A stretch of DNA of 64,000 nucleotides from Candidatus Methylacidiphilales bacterium (GCA_028713655.1 JAQTNW010000015.1:2360-66359); one strand, 5' to 3'. Counted from the first letter of the stretch, positions 16,636-26,482 are shown. Program-made: numbers and translations. The notes: generated by a model from the letters alone, not told the origin.

Positions 16636-17706
16636 ATGAAATTAATGGCAAATCTTGCCGTATGCGCGGTGCTCCTGACGTCCGTTTTATCCGCGGAGGA
16701 TTTGTCTTCCTGGACGTATGATTTTGCCTCGCCAACGCCCGCCCCGGTGTGGGTCGGAGTGGTGTCTCAAACAATCGATTCAAACTTTTTCGGCAGGCAG
16801 GATTTTCAAATTACGCCCGTGGATGATTCGCGCGACCTTTTGCTGACTCTCTTTTTTCAGGAAGTGGACGGGGGTTTCCTGCGTGTCTATTGGGTCCCGG
16901 GGACATCCGGGAACTCGGGCGGGACTTCAGCTCCCGTTCTATTGAGCCAGAATTTGTATGAAGGCGTTGCCAAGGGACTAACCAATCGGAGAACCATTCT
17001 TCTTTCCGCGTCCTTGCTGAAAGGGGGCGGGGTTTTGTCGTTCCAAGCCGGCCAGCCGGATTTGAAGATTAGCCGCATCCGGTGGGACTGGTTGAAACCT
17101 CAGGCTGTTCCTGTTTCCATGGATTCGGGGATCCGGATCGGGGCTGTGGGAGCGACCGGTGAGGTTTTGGCGGTACAAGAGCTTACAGGGGACCCCATAC
17201 TTCCCGATTCGGACCAATGGAAGGGATCCATTATTTTGGCGCCGATAACGGAAAAGGTCGAATCGATTGGGGACGGTGTTGAATTTGGAGTTGAGCTGGA
17301 AGCGGTGCCTGCGCTGGCGCGGGTGGAAGCGCAATTGCTGGGAGTGCCTTTGGACCAGCGGATGGTACTTTGGGTGAATGGCAAAGTGGCCGGGTTGCTG
17401 TCGCTTCCGGTCCCTGATTTGACCGATCCGGGCTACCAAACATCACAGGACGGCAAGACCAGTTATATTGGCTGGCAAAAGGCCGCGATTCTTGTTCCGA
17501 ACGGGCTGCTGCAGGCTGGCAACAACCGATTGCAGTTTTCGTGGCAGGACGAGGGGTTGTCCAATATCCCGCTGACATTGAAAAATTTAAAGCTGCAACT
17601 GAAATATCCGACCGTGGCTGCTCCGCCGCCGCTTGTATCCGAAACAGCGCCGACAGGCGGCCAAACTCCTTCCATGGGCGGGGAACAGCCCGCTCCTATT
17701 CCTTGA
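16636..17706 (+). CDS. Secreted hypothetical protein leading the T2SS-like cluster
   Basis: ORF-track frame 15973..17706 trimmed to ATG 16636, because the upstream part is antisense to aguB. Signal peptide MKLMANLAVCAVLLTSVLSA. Pro/Thr-rich tail. No domain recognised. Confidence 0.6.
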   Translation: MKLMANLAVCAVLLTSVLSAEDLSSWTYDFASPTPAPVWVGVVSQTIDSNFFGRQDFQITPVDDSRDLLLTLFFQEVDGGFLRVYWVPGTSGNSGGTSAPVLLSQNLYEGVAKGLTNRRTILLSASLLKGGGVLSFQAGQPDLKISRIRWDWLKPQAVPVSMDSGIRIGAVGATGEVLAVQELTGDPILPDSDQWKGSIILAPITEKVESIGDGVEFGVELEAVPALARVEAQLLGVPLDQRMVLWVNGKVAGLLSLPVPDLTDPGYQTSQDGKTSYIGWQKAAILVPNGLLQAGNNRLQFSWQDEGLSNIPLTLKNLKLQLKYPTVAAPPPLVSETAPTGGQTPSMGGEQPAPIP

Positions 17707-17744
17707 AGTTTTGGCGTTTTGGGGCAAGCTTGATTTAACCTTCT

Positions 17745-18206
17745 ATGAAAACAATCTCCATGAAACTTTCCAGCAGCCGGATGAAATCTTACTTGAGGGG
17801 CCGGCGCGGGCGCCAGGCCTACACTCTGCTCGAAATCATGATTGTGCTGGGAATCATCGCCGTGCTGATGGGGTCCGCGATTTACTACTTAACAGGAGCC
17901 GTCGGTGGAGCTAAAATGCAGCGTGTGGACGGAGACATCAGCTCCATTACCTCCGCGTTGAAAATGTATGAGATCAACAACCGTTTTTTACCCACCACGG
18001 AGCAGGGATTAATGGCTCTTGTAAAAAAACCAGAATCGGAACCTGTGCCCAAGCGCTGGTCTCAGTTAATGAAGGATGTCCCACTTGATCCCTGGAGTCA
18101 CCCCTATCAATACGTTTACCCAGGCAAACATAACCCGGACGGGTTTGATTTGTATTCGCTGGGACCGGATGGTGTTGAAAGCAGCGACGACGTTGGCAAC
18201 TGGTAA
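17745..18206 (+). CDS. gspG: Type II secretion major pseudopilin GspG
   Basis: 153 aa. Prepilin-type hydrophobic N-terminus (YTLLEIMIVLGIIAVL) and GspG body (GLMALV...PLDPWSHPYQYVYPG...FDLYSLGPDG...DVGNW). Confidence 0.88.
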   Translation: MKTISMKLSSSRMKSYLRGRRGRQAYTLLEIMIVLGIIAVLMGSAIYYLTGAVGGAKMQRVDGDISSITSALKMYEINNRFLPTTEQGLMALVKKPESEPVPKRWSQLMKDVPLDPWSHPYQYVYPGKHNPDGFDLYSLGPDGVESSDDVGNW

Positions 18207-18238
18207 AGCCTGGCGTTGTCCCTTCGTATGGATTCCCG

Positions 18239-18823
18239 ATGAGATTCTCTCGCCAGCCGGGAACCCAGACATTTTATTCCACTCATTTCAAGATGAGGAG
18301 TTGTACGTCCCGTGTCATCGGGGGCTTCACCCTTATGGAACTGGTCATTGTCATGTTGATTGCGTCCTTGGTTCTTGCGATGGCGGCGGGTTTGGCGCGG
18401 GACGCCTTTAAGAATGAGGAACTCCAGAACGCCGGCCGCAAGCTGGCTCTTTTTGCCAAAACGGCGCGAAGGCAGGCAATGCAGGAAAATCGCGAGTACG
18501 AAATTATTTTGCAGTCGGACTCCATTCTGTTGCAGCCCGCGCAGCCGGAAGATGTGGTGGCAGGGGCGCAGCCGCCGGAAGATTCGGATGCAAGTGCGGG
18601 GAAGACACTGGAATACCGGTTTCCGGAGGGCGTCAAATTCCGGGTCAAGCTTTGGGGGGCGGATGAGTGGGATGAGCTGAAAGAGCAGCGGGTCTGGACA
18701 TTCCCGTCCACAGGATTGTGCGCGCCGCACAGGTTTCGATTCGAAAAGGACGAGGCGTGGCTGGAGGAAACTTTCAATCCTCTGACCGCCAACAAGCAGG
18801 ACGAAAGTTTTAATTTGCCATGA
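18239..18823 (+). CDS. Minor pseudopilin (GspH-like position)
   Basis: Prepilin N-terminus GFTLMELVIVMLIASLVLA. The likely true start is ATG 18293. ATGA overlap with the next gene. Confidence 0.65.
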   Translation: MRFSRQPGTQTFYSTHFKMRSCTSRVIGGFTLMELVIVMLIASLVLAMAAGLARDAFKNEELQNAGRKLALFAKTARRQAMQENREYEIILQSDSILLQPAQPEDVVAGAQPPEDSDASAGKTLEYRFPEGVKFRVKLWGADEWDELKEQRVWTFPSTGLCAPHRFRFEKDEAWLEETFNPLTANKQDESFNLP

Positions 18824-19215
18824 AAACACGGACCGCATCCGCGCGAAAACGGGCCTATATCCTGCTCGAGGTCATGCTTGCCGCGGGTATTTTTGCGATG
18901 GCCGGCGTCGGGCTTGTGGTGGCGCTGAACGACATGGCCCACTCGTTCACGCGTGCGCGCAAAGTCACGGCGGTTCGGATTGAGCTTGAGTCCAGGCTGT
19001 CGGGAATCCGGATCCGTCCGTTGGCTCCGGGCAAGAGCAAGGATGATCCGGACCCCAACGGTGTCGTGTATGAACAGGAAATCGCCCCTTTGGAATTGTC
19101 CAATGACGACAAAATTGCACTTGCGAATCTTTACCGGGTTACGTTGAAGGCGCACTGGAAAGAGGGAACGGTGGACCAGGAGGAGGAGGCTGAAATCTAT
19201 GTGTACCAGCCGTAG
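18820..19215 (+). CDS. Minor pseudopilin (GspI-like position)
   Basis: 131 aa. N-terminus AYILLEVMLAAGIFAMAGVGLVVAL. Confidence 0.6.
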   Translation: MKTRTASARKRAYILLEVMLAAGIFAMAGVGLVVALNDMAHSFTRARKVTAVRIELESRLSGIRIRPLAPGKSKDDPDPNGVVYEQEIAPLELSNDDKIALANLYRVTLKAHWKEGTVDQEEEAEIYVYQP

Positions 19216-19235
19216 AGACCGAAGGGGGAACATTC

Positions 19236-19269
19236 TTAACCACGGATAACACGGATGAGCACGGATAAG
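19236..19269 (+). repeat. Word-array repeat (TTAAC leader plus CACGGAT x3)
   Basis: ttaaccacggataacacggatgagcacggataag. A reverse-type array (cgcgcaaag/cgcgaag words) lies at 19354-19396. Both sit inside the pseudopilin operon gap. Confidence 0.8.
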
Positions 19270-19430
19270 AAAAATAGATTCAATGTAAAGATTGAAATCC
19301 CAACTCAAACAAAAGTGGAGGGATATAAACGGGACGACACAGAGGTCATCCCTCCATTTGTGTCCTTGGCGTCTTCGCGACTTTGCGCGAGAAATGCACC
19401 AGGCAATTTTTTGACCGCTCGTAAACGCAG

Positions 19431-20105
19431 ATGAAAAAAAATAGTTCCAAATCGGCCCGCGGCTTCACCTTGCTGGAGGTGACGGTTGCGATGGCCATTC
19501 TGGTCATCATTGCCGGCAGTATTTTCGCCGTGCTGCGCGGGACCATCGCAGAAGTTTCGGTTTTGAGCGAGGAACAGTCGCGCCAGCAGGAAATCGACGG
19601 CTTCATTGAATTATGCCGCAAGACCTTCCGGATGCTGCCGGCGCAGGCTTCCCTCGAGGGGCGTGTCAGGCAGGACTCGGGCGCGGTTCTGCCTGAGATT
19701 CTGATCCGCAAGGCGCCGGAATCGCTGGCTTGGGGCAAAGTCGAGGATTATGACACGATCAGCGTCATTGGGTTGAGGCCGCAAATCGGCGGCCGCTTTA
19801 GCCTGGGGCTCTTGCGCGTTTCGGCCCCGAAGAACCCTGCGGTGGATCCGGTTGTCGCAAGCAAGCCGGAGGATTGGCTGACCCTGATTCCGGACGTGTC
19901 TCAAATCGAATGGCGTTATTATGATGCAAGATCGGCCATGTGGATGGATATTTTACCGGTCGGGTCCGGGAGGCCGACTGCGATTGAAATGAAGCTGTTG
20001 TTGCCCGGGGATGAGGATCCCCTGGTTGTGGTGTTTTGGGTGGTCCCGATTGAAGCGCAGGCAATGGTCCCGCAAGCCTCCAACCCACCGACTCCGAACC
20101 CATGA
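19431..20105 (+). CDS. Minor pseudopilin (GspJ-like position)
   Basis: 224 aa. N-terminus GFTLLEVTVAMAILVIIAGSIFAVL. Confidence 0.6.
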   Translation: MKKNSSKSARGFTLLEVTVAMAILVIIAGSIFAVLRGTIAEVSVLSEEQSRQQEIDGFIELCRKTFRMLPAQASLEGRVRQDSGAVLPEILIRKAPESLAWGKVEDYDTISVIGLRPQIGGRFSLGLLRVSAPKNPAVDPVVASKPEDWLTLIPDVSQIEWRYYDARSAMWMDILPVGSGRPTAIEMKLLLPGDEDPLVVVFWVVPIEAQAMVPQASNPPTPNP

Positions 20106-21028
20106 AAGCGCGCCCCCCATTTTTTACCCGAAGAAAAGGCTCGGCCCTTTTGATTGTGCTTTGGGCCATCGCCATCATGTCCGCTGCCATTTTGGGTGTG
20201 GTGGAGTTTGTGAATATCGGGTTCGATGAAGCCGCAACGAAGGGAAAAGATTTCAGGGCGCTGCAGCTTGCGGAGTCCGGCATTGCGCTGGGGCTGCATC
20301 CAAAAGTCAGGAAGAGGGAAAGCGTTCTTCACCAGACTTTTGATGCCTCCGAATCGTTCGACGTAAAGCTCAGGAGCGAGGGGGCGCGGTTGAATATCAA
20401 CGTGGTTCTGCTGCGGGACCAGCGCGATGTGCTGTTGGATCTTTTTGACCAATGGGGGGTAAAAAGCCAGGATGCCATGCGCACAGTGGATTGTTTGATG
20501 GACTGGGTGGATGCGGATTCCCTCAAACGCCTGAATGGCGCCGAGCAGCCGGAATATGCAGCCATCGGACTGCCTGACCTGCCGCCCAACCGGCCGTTCC
20601 AGTCTGTCGATGAAATGGAGATGGTTTTGGGCATGGATGTGGTTGCCAAAGCAAAGCCGGACTGGAAGAATTACTTTACGGTCTGGGGCGACGGAAAGCT
20701 GGATTTGAATGAAGCGCCGGCGGATTTGATAGAAGCGGTTTGTAATGTGGGCGCCCGGCAGGCCGAAAATCTGGTCCAATACCGTCTGGGCCCGGATGGG
20801 GTGGTTGACACCGATGATGACGTTGAATTAAAGGATCTTTCACAGGTACAGTCGTCGTTGGGATTGACGAATGCCGCTTTCCAGGCCTTGCAAGACCGCA
20901 TTACATTGAAAAGTGACTACCGCCGCATCGAAAGCACAGGGATGGTTGGTTCTTATAAACGCACAATTATTGTCGTGACTCATCTGAATAGTAACCCGAT
21001 ACAGTATCTGTCATGGTTCGAGCAATAA
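20102..21028 (+). CDS. GspK-like pseudopilin / cap protein
   Basis: 308 aa. N-terminus GSALLIVLWAIAIMSAAILG without the conserved Glu. LNINVV and helix-hairpin-helix-like middle region as in GspK. ATGA overlap with the upstream gene. Confidence 0.6.
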   Translation: MKARPPFFTRRKGSALLIVLWAIAIMSAAILGVVEFVNIGFDEAATKGKDFRALQLAESGIALGLHPKVRKRESVLHQTFDASESFDVKLRSEGARLNINVVLLRDQRDVLLDLFDQWGVKSQDAMRTVDCLMDWVDADSLKRLNGAEQPEYAAIGLPDLPPNRPFQSVDEMEMVLGMDVVAKAKPDWKNYFTVWGDGKLDLNEAPADLIEAVCNVGARQAENLVQYRLGPDGVVDTDDDVELKDLSQVQSSLGLTNAAFQALQDRITLKSDYRRIESTGMVGSYKRTIIVVTHLNSNPIQYLSWFEQ

Positions 21029-22272
21029 GAGCACCCAAGACCGGCAAGGCGGAAGGCGCCCGGGTGCTGCTTCCGGGTGAGCAGTCGTGGGAAATTTGGG
21101 CGCTTGACTCTTCGTCCGCTTCATTGGCCGAAGGGAATTGCCCGCCCGGGCAGGCTGGATCACGGTTGCGCGCAAATTCCATTCTGGCCCTGCCCGTGCA
21201 GGAGGTGGTGGTGGTTCCGATTTGGCTGGCGACGGTGGATCGCTCTGTCATGGAAGACATGCTCTGGCTTCAACTCGAAAAACGCGGGCTGGTATCCCGC
21301 TCGCGTCCGGGAGAGCCGGTCGATTTTCATGTGATTGCCCGGCAGGACGAGCGGTCGCTGTTGGCGGTGACGGTGCTTCGGGGTGATTTTCCTGAAGAGC
21401 TCTGCGTGAACCGGCTTTCCGATTACCGCCTTTTGGCCGATTTTCTTCCGTTGTCCGGCAATCAATTGTTTTTGTGGAGGGAATTGGGGAGGTTTGTGAT
21501 GGCCTTTTCGAGGGACGGCGAACTTGTTTATGCGCAGTCGCTGCCTTCGGATTCCTTGTTTGGCCATGTGGTGCAGGAAGCGCTTTGCAGCATGCTGGCT
21601 TTGGAGGGCGACGGGACTTTGGCGGCCATTCAAGGCGTTACGGCGTGGGGAAGTTTTTCGCAGGCGGACTTGCGCGAACTGGGCCGTGTTTTCGGCTGTG
21701 AAACCGCGCAAGCCCCACGGCCGCAGCCCCGGCTTTTTGAAAAAAAGCGCAACTTGCTGCCGGCGTCAGTCAAGGCCGGCCATCAGCAAAATGAAGAAAA
21801 AAAGCGCAATCTGCGGATGCTGGCCGGAGCGGGTGTTTTATATTTGCTCTTGCTGGCGGCAGCGCTGGGACAGGTCAGCTGGCTGTTCTGGAAAAAACAC
21901 GGATTGGAGTCCGAATTGGCCCGGAACCGCGTGGAAGTTGAAACCATCCGGCAGGCCGCGCAGAGATGGGAGGCTTTGGAAGCCGCGATTATGCCCGCAG
22001 GCTATCCGGTGGAAATTCTTTACCGCAGCACCCGGCATTTGCCGGCAGAAGGGGTTCGGCTCGTCACTTTCAGCCAGGAGCCAAAACAGGCGCTTTTGGT
22101 GGGGGAGGCGAAGGATTCGGCGGCGGCCTACAAATTCCTTGATGATTTGAAAAAAGACCCCGAGTTGGGGGATTATGCGTGGGATATGCCGCCTCCGAAG
22201 CTTTTGACCAATGACACCGCCCAGTTCCGAATAGAAGGGAAATCAAAGTATGCGCCAAGTCACAAACCGTGA
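21013..22272 (+). CDS. Bitopic assembly protein in the GspL / PilM-N position (hypothetical)
   Basis: 419 aa. One central TM (LRMLAGAGVLYLLLLAAALGQVSWLFW). The call is positional only. Confidence 0.4.
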   Translation: MVRAIRAPKTGKAEGARVLLPGEQSWEIWALDSSSASLAEGNCPPGQAGSRLRANSILALPVQEVVVVPIWLATVDRSVMEDMLWLQLEKRGLVSRSRPGEPVDFHVIARQDERSLLAVTVLRGDFPEELCVNRLSDYRLLADFLPLSGNQLFLWRELGRFVMAFSRDGELVYAQSLPSDSLFGHVVQEALCSMLALEGDGTLAAIQGVTAWGSFSQADLRELGRVFGCETAQAPRPQPRLFEKKRNLLPASVKAGHQQNEEKKRNLRMLAGAGVLYLLLLAAALGQVSWLFWKKHGLESELARNRVEVETIRQAAQRWEALEAAIMPAGYPVEILYRSTRHLPAEGVRLVTFSQEPKQALLVGEAKDSAAAYKFLDDLKKDPELGDYAWDMPPPKLLTNDTAQFRIEGKSKYAPSHKP

Positions 22273-22777
22273 ACAGCGTCTGTTGCTGGTTTTTACAGTG
22301 CTTTTGTTTTTGGCGCTGAATCTGTTTGGGTTCAGCCTGCTGTCAAAAAACCGCCAGATATTGGAGAGAACCGTCCGCAAGTTGGATCTTGAACGGCGGG
22401 AGGCGCGGGTTTGGATGGGGCAGAAGGATTTGTGGCTCAAACGCAAGGAATGGATGGACCGCAACCAGCCCAAGCCGGATCCTTCGGGCCAGGACAGCGC
22501 CCGGTTGCTCGAATTTCTGCAACAAGGCGCCCGCCAGAATAAAATCACCATCACGGACCAAAAGCTCCTGGAGCCGAGAACGGAGGCCGAGTACCGTGAG
22601 GCGTCCGTCCGGATCGAAGTACGGGGTTCCCTGGAGCCTGTGGTCAGGTGGCTGGCGGGGTTGCAGGCTCCCGAACGCTTTCAAGCCATAACCAGTTTGA
22701 CTTTGAAAAGTGACGCGGAACCGCCTAAGGTCATATGTAATCTCACGATTGCCAGATGGTATGCCTTGAAACCATGA
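22250..22777 (+). CDS. Bitopic assembly protein in the GspM / PilO position (hypothetical)
   Basis: 175 aa. N-terminal TM (LLLVFTVLLFLALNLFGFSLL). Overlaps both neighbours. Confidence 0.4.
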   Translation: MRQVTNREQRLLLVFTVLLFLALNLFGFSLLSKNRQILERTVRKLDLERREARVWMGQKDLWLKRKEWMDRNQPKPDPSGQDSARLLEFLQQGARQNKITITDQKLLEPRTEAEYREASVRIEVRGSLEPVVRWLAGLQAPERFQAITSLTLKSDAEPPKVICNLTIARWYALKP

Positions 22778-23397
22778 AAAAAATAGCAATGCAGGCCGGG
22801 AAACAAACCGGCGGACGGCCTTTCATTTTTGGCCTTGTGCTGTTAGGCGGATACCTGGTTTCCTTTTCAGTTTGTGCCGGCGAAGTCGTGATTCCGGAAG
22901 CTTATCCCATTGAGCGGTATGAACCGGTCTGGAAAAAGTCCCCGTTTACCCTTTCTTCGGTGCCCGATGCGGGGCCGACAGGCGGGTTGTCGGACAAATT
23001 CAAGCTGACGGGGGTCTTGAAAATCGGCGACGAACCCTATGTTTCGATTTACGATACGGAAAACAAGGAACGGTTTTTGATTTCCAGGCAGGTGAATGCC
23101 CAGGGAGTCAAGCTCGATGCGTTGCAGACGTCCGACGATCTGAGCAAGGTGGTGGCCAACCTGAGCAAAAGCGGTGAAACTTTTTCTTTGCATTATGACA
23201 TGGACTATTTGAAGCAGGTGACGGGCCAGTCACCCATGAATGTGCCGGGCCAACCCATATTCAACAACCAGGGCCATCCGCCGCAGGTGCAGATCCCGAG
23301 CCCGGTGAATGTCCAGCCACAGTCAACCCCGCCGCCGCCGCCCCAGCGGTTCATACGCCGCCCTTTTACAGTTCCTTCGCAGTCGTCGGGGTCTTAG
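22774..23397 (+). CDS. Secreted hypothetical protein with a Pro-rich tail (GspC / PilP position)
   Basis: ATG 22774 forms an ATGA overlap with the previous stop. Signal/TM FIFGLVLLGGYLVSFSVCAG. C-terminal PPQVQIPSPVNVQPQSTPPPPPQ. Confidence 0.4.
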   Translation: MKKIAMQAGKQTGGRPFIFGLVLLGGYLVSFSVCAGEVVIPEAYPIERYEPVWKKSPFTLSSVPDAGPTGGLSDKFKLTGVLKIGDEPYVSIYDTENKERFLISRQVNAQGVKLDALQTSDDLSKVVANLSKSGETFSLHYDMDYLKQVTGQSPMNVPGQPIFNNQGHPPQVQIPSPVNVQPQSTPPPPPQRFIRRPFTVPSQSSGS

Positions 23398-23424
23398 AAC
23401 CCGTGGAAAAAATCAGGAAAATTC

Positions 23425-25764
23425 ATGTCAAACTCTAAATCATTGGTGTGCCTGGCGGTGTGGCTGTTGTGTTTTGCGGATGGTCAGGGCCAGACACCGT
23501 TGAAATCGCAAGCAGTGGCCCCAGCGCAGGCTCCGGCGCCTGCAAATCCGGGCGGGGAGGAACTGGTCAAAGTGCAGTATCCATCAGCGAAGCTTGACGA
23601 TATCCTGGATGCTTATGAAGCAACCTCCGGCAAAACATTGCTGCGCGACGCCAATATCCAGGGCATCTCGGGCCTGACGATTCATCTTGTCGTCCCGGGC
23701 ATGATTCCAAAAAGCCAGGCCTTGCGGTTGCTGGAGTCCGTCATGACACTCAATGGGCTCTCCCTTGTGCCCGGCGAGGACAACAGCGTCAAGGTCTTGA
23801 ACAGCACATCCGGCAAGATTCCGCGCAGTGAAGGCATTGCCATTTATGCCAATCTTCAAGACCTTCCAAAGGGAGACCAATTGGCCAGTTATTTCATGCC
23901 CTTTCGATACCTGGATGCCGCGTCAGCCCAGCAGATTTTCATGCAGCATCTCCAGCCGCATCCCTACGGCGTGATCGTTCCGGTGCCCAATGCCCAAGCC
24001 CTGGTCATTACCGAGAACGCTTCCGCCATCCGGCAACTGGCCAAGCTCAAAGAGCTGATTGACGTGCCGCCCGCCAAGGTGATCAGCCAGTTTGTGACCC
24101 TTCAACGCGCGGATGCCGAGAGGGTGGCTGACACGATCACCAAAATGATTGATGCGCGCAAAAGCAAGGCCCAAGGCGTCCCCGGCCAGACATTGTCCTC
24201 CTCCGAAATACCGGGTGAAAACCTGACGTTGAACGAGCGCACTTTTGTCTCCGGTGATGTTCAATTGACGCCGGATCCCAGAACCAACCGCATCCTGGTG
24301 GTGACCCGTCCGGTGAACTTTGACTACATCAAGGGATTGATCGAACAATTCGATGATGCGGTCACGCTGACCTCGCCGCTTGAAAGGCCGCTGAAGTATG
24401 TGATGGCCGCCGATGTTCTGCCTGTGTTGGAAACCCTGCTCACGGAAAGCAAGGATTCCCAACCGGTTTCAAGCAACACGAGTAATCCAGGCCAGCCAAA
24501 TCAGCAAAACCGCTTCAGTCAAAACAATACCTCGCGCAGTTCCAGTTCGAGCGGCAGCCGCAGCGGCCCGAACGTTTCCGCAGACCGCACGTTGCAGGAA
24601 AACCAGGACACGGCGCCCGAAGCGGTCATGGTTGGCAAAACGCGCCTCATTGCCGACAAGCAGGCCAACTCCATCATTGTCATCGGACCGCCCGAGAGCG
24701 TTGATAAGGTAAAATCCATCCTGGATCATCTCGATAAAAAACCCATGCAGGTTTATTTGGCCACCGTCATCGGCCAGTTGACGATCGGCAAGAATACGGA
24801 ATTTGCCGTGGACCTGCTCCAGAATTTTTCCAGCAGCGGAAATTTCGGCGTTGCGGCCAGTCAGCGCACGCGCAGTAGCGCCACGACGGACCTGACCCTG
24901 AATCCCAGGGGGTTGACCAGCGCCGCGGCATTTACCGCCCTGCCTGCGGGCCTTACGCTCTATGGGGCCATCGGTTCGGCTTTGAATTACTATGTCAAAG
25001 CGCTGGAGAGCACCTCTCATTTCCGCGTCCTTTCGCGCCCCGTTATTTATACTTCCAACAACAAAGGCGCCGTCATCGCCTCCGGGCAGAGGATTGCCGT
25101 GCCCACCTCGACCCTGAGCACGTTGAACGCCGCCACGACAACCGACAGCACCTCGGTGATTTCCAACATCGATTACACCGACGTGGTGCTGAAACTTGAA
25201 GTCGTCCCGCTGATCAATTCGGACAAGGAAGTGACCCTCAAGATCAAGCAGACCAATGACAGCGTGGTCGGCAGCCAGGTGATTTCAGGCAACAGCATCC
25301 CGACCATCGGCACCCAGTCGGTGGACACCACGATCATTGTGCCCAACAAAGCCACCGTTGTTCTGGGTGGGTTGATTACGGAAAGCAACACGGTCAACGT
25401 CACCGGCGTGCCCTTTTTTAAAGACATCCCCTTGCTTGGCTATTTGTTCAAGGGAACAACCAAGGACAAATCCCGCCAGGAGCTGATCATCATGATCCAG
25501 CCGAACGTCGTGAGCTCCGATGAGGAATTCAAGGCGGCCAGTTTGTCCGAGGAAAACAGAAACCAGGTTGGCGCCGAGGCCCACGCCTTTTCGGAAAACA
25601 CGCCCTTTGACGCCAAGAAACATGAAGCCGAAGTGAAAGCCGCCGCAGCTGCCGCGAAGCGCGGTACGACCACCAAGGGCGACCGTACCACAACAGAGCA
25701 AGCCCCACCGCCTCCGCCCCCAGCGGAAGAAACCCCCATTTCACCCACTCTTCCCGCGCCGTAA
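23425..25764 (+). CDS. gspD: Secretin (GspD / PilQ family outer-membrane channel)
   Basis: 779 aa. Signal peptide, N-domains and a C-terminal secretin core (VVLGGLITESNTVNVTGVPFFKDIPLLGYLFKGTTKDKSRQELIIMIQP). Confidence 0.9.
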   Translation: MSNSKSLVCLAVWLLCFADGQGQTPLKSQAVAPAQAPAPANPGGEELVKVQYPSAKLDDILDAYEATSGKTLLRDANIQGISGLTIHLVVPGMIPKSQALRLLESVMTLNGLSLVPGEDNSVKVLNSTSGKIPRSEGIAIYANLQDLPKGDQLASYFMPFRYLDAASAQQIFMQHLQPHPYGVIVPVPNAQALVITENASAIRQLAKLKELIDVPPAKVISQFVTLQRADAERVADTITKMIDARKSKAQGVPGQTLSSSEIPGENLTLNERTFVSGDVQLTPDPRTNRILVVTRPVNFDYIKGLIEQFDDAVTLTSPLERPLKYVMAADVLPVLETLLTESKDSQPVSSNTSNPGQPNQQNRFSQNNTSRSSSSSGSRSGPNVSADRTLQENQDTAPEAVMVGKTRLIADKQANSIIVIGPPESVDKVKSILDHLDKKPMQVYLATVIGQLTIGKNTEFAVDLLQNFSSSGNFGVAASQRTRSSATTDLTLNPRGLTSAAAFTALPAGLTLYGAIGSALNYYVKALESTSHFRVLSRPVIYTSNNKGAVIASGQRIAVPTSTLSTLNAATTTDSTSVISNIDYTDVVLKLEVVPLINSDKEVTLKIKQTNDSVVGSQVISGNSIPTIGTQSVDTTIIVPNKATVVLGGLITESNTVNVTGVPFFKDIPLLGYLFKGTTKDKSRQELIIMIQPNVVSSDEEFKAASLSEENRNQVGAEAHAFSENTPFDAKKHEAEVKAAAAAAKRGTTTKGDRTTTEQAPPPPPPAEETPISPTLPAP

Positions 25765-25770
25765 TTTTTA

Positions 25771-25786
25771 CGCAGACATGTCTGCG
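25771..25786 (+). terminator. Palindrome CGCAGACATGTCTGCG 7 nt after the secretin stop (weak terminator candidate; also a repeat-family member)
   Basis: Perfect 16-nt palindrome followed by ctttgtcgtttg. A near-copy GCGCAGACAGGTCTGCGC lies at 62886-62903. Confidence 0.3.
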
Positions 25787-26482
25787 CTTTGTCGTTTGTG
25801 CCATTTTCTCTGGATTGCCGCGTCGCTACGCTCCTCGTCCGCCGCGGCGGAACGCGGGTGCGTGGGGCAATGTGCAGACGAAGCATGCTGGCCCTGGCTA
25901 TTCGTCATCGCGAGAAACCAAACCTTTCAAAAAGCTGTTTTGAGCGGGAATGAACGTGAGCTGTAGCTTACCGCAACGCGGTTGCATCTTTCAGCCCAGG
26001 GTTGGCGCGAGTCAGCGAGAGCCTACCCTGGGTATCTGTCAAAAATGTTCCCAACTCTGAAGGAGTTCACTCGCGATGCCTATCGGAGTTGCAGCGGGGC
26101 AGCATGGGCGAGAGGAGGACGGAACCCATTCAGGGTTCGGGGTATTTTTTGATTTTACCCAGGGTAGCTCGTTCCTCGCAACCCTGGGCTGGAGGACGAA
26201 ACGCCGTTGGCGTTTTAGCTAACATCATATATCTCAACATCTTGTCACATCTGTTCATTAGGAGGCCCATCTGGAACACTCGCGACGCATGTCGGAGTTG
26301 GGCCGTGGCGATCCATCTCTGATGCGCAAGACTATGGCGGACAGGCAAGTTTTAAGATACCGATATTGCATCTGCGTGAATCTGTGTAATCAGAGGATAA
26401 AAATGGTTATTTTTCTCCCTCACGCCGCCGTTGACACCCGGCATTGAGGCTGGGAGAGTCGGAGCCGCGACAGGCGTTTCAG

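Noticed and set aside
18283-20779. Minus-strand ORFs 18283..19308 (341 aa) and 19919..20779 (286 aa)
   Set aside because: They are antisense to the pseudopilin genes, whose prepilin N-termini are unambiguous.
26002-26322. 106-aa ORF in the secretin/fmt gap
   Set aside because: Its sequence is assembled from the repeated stem-loop modules described in the findings. It has no start context and is more likely non-coding repeat DNA.
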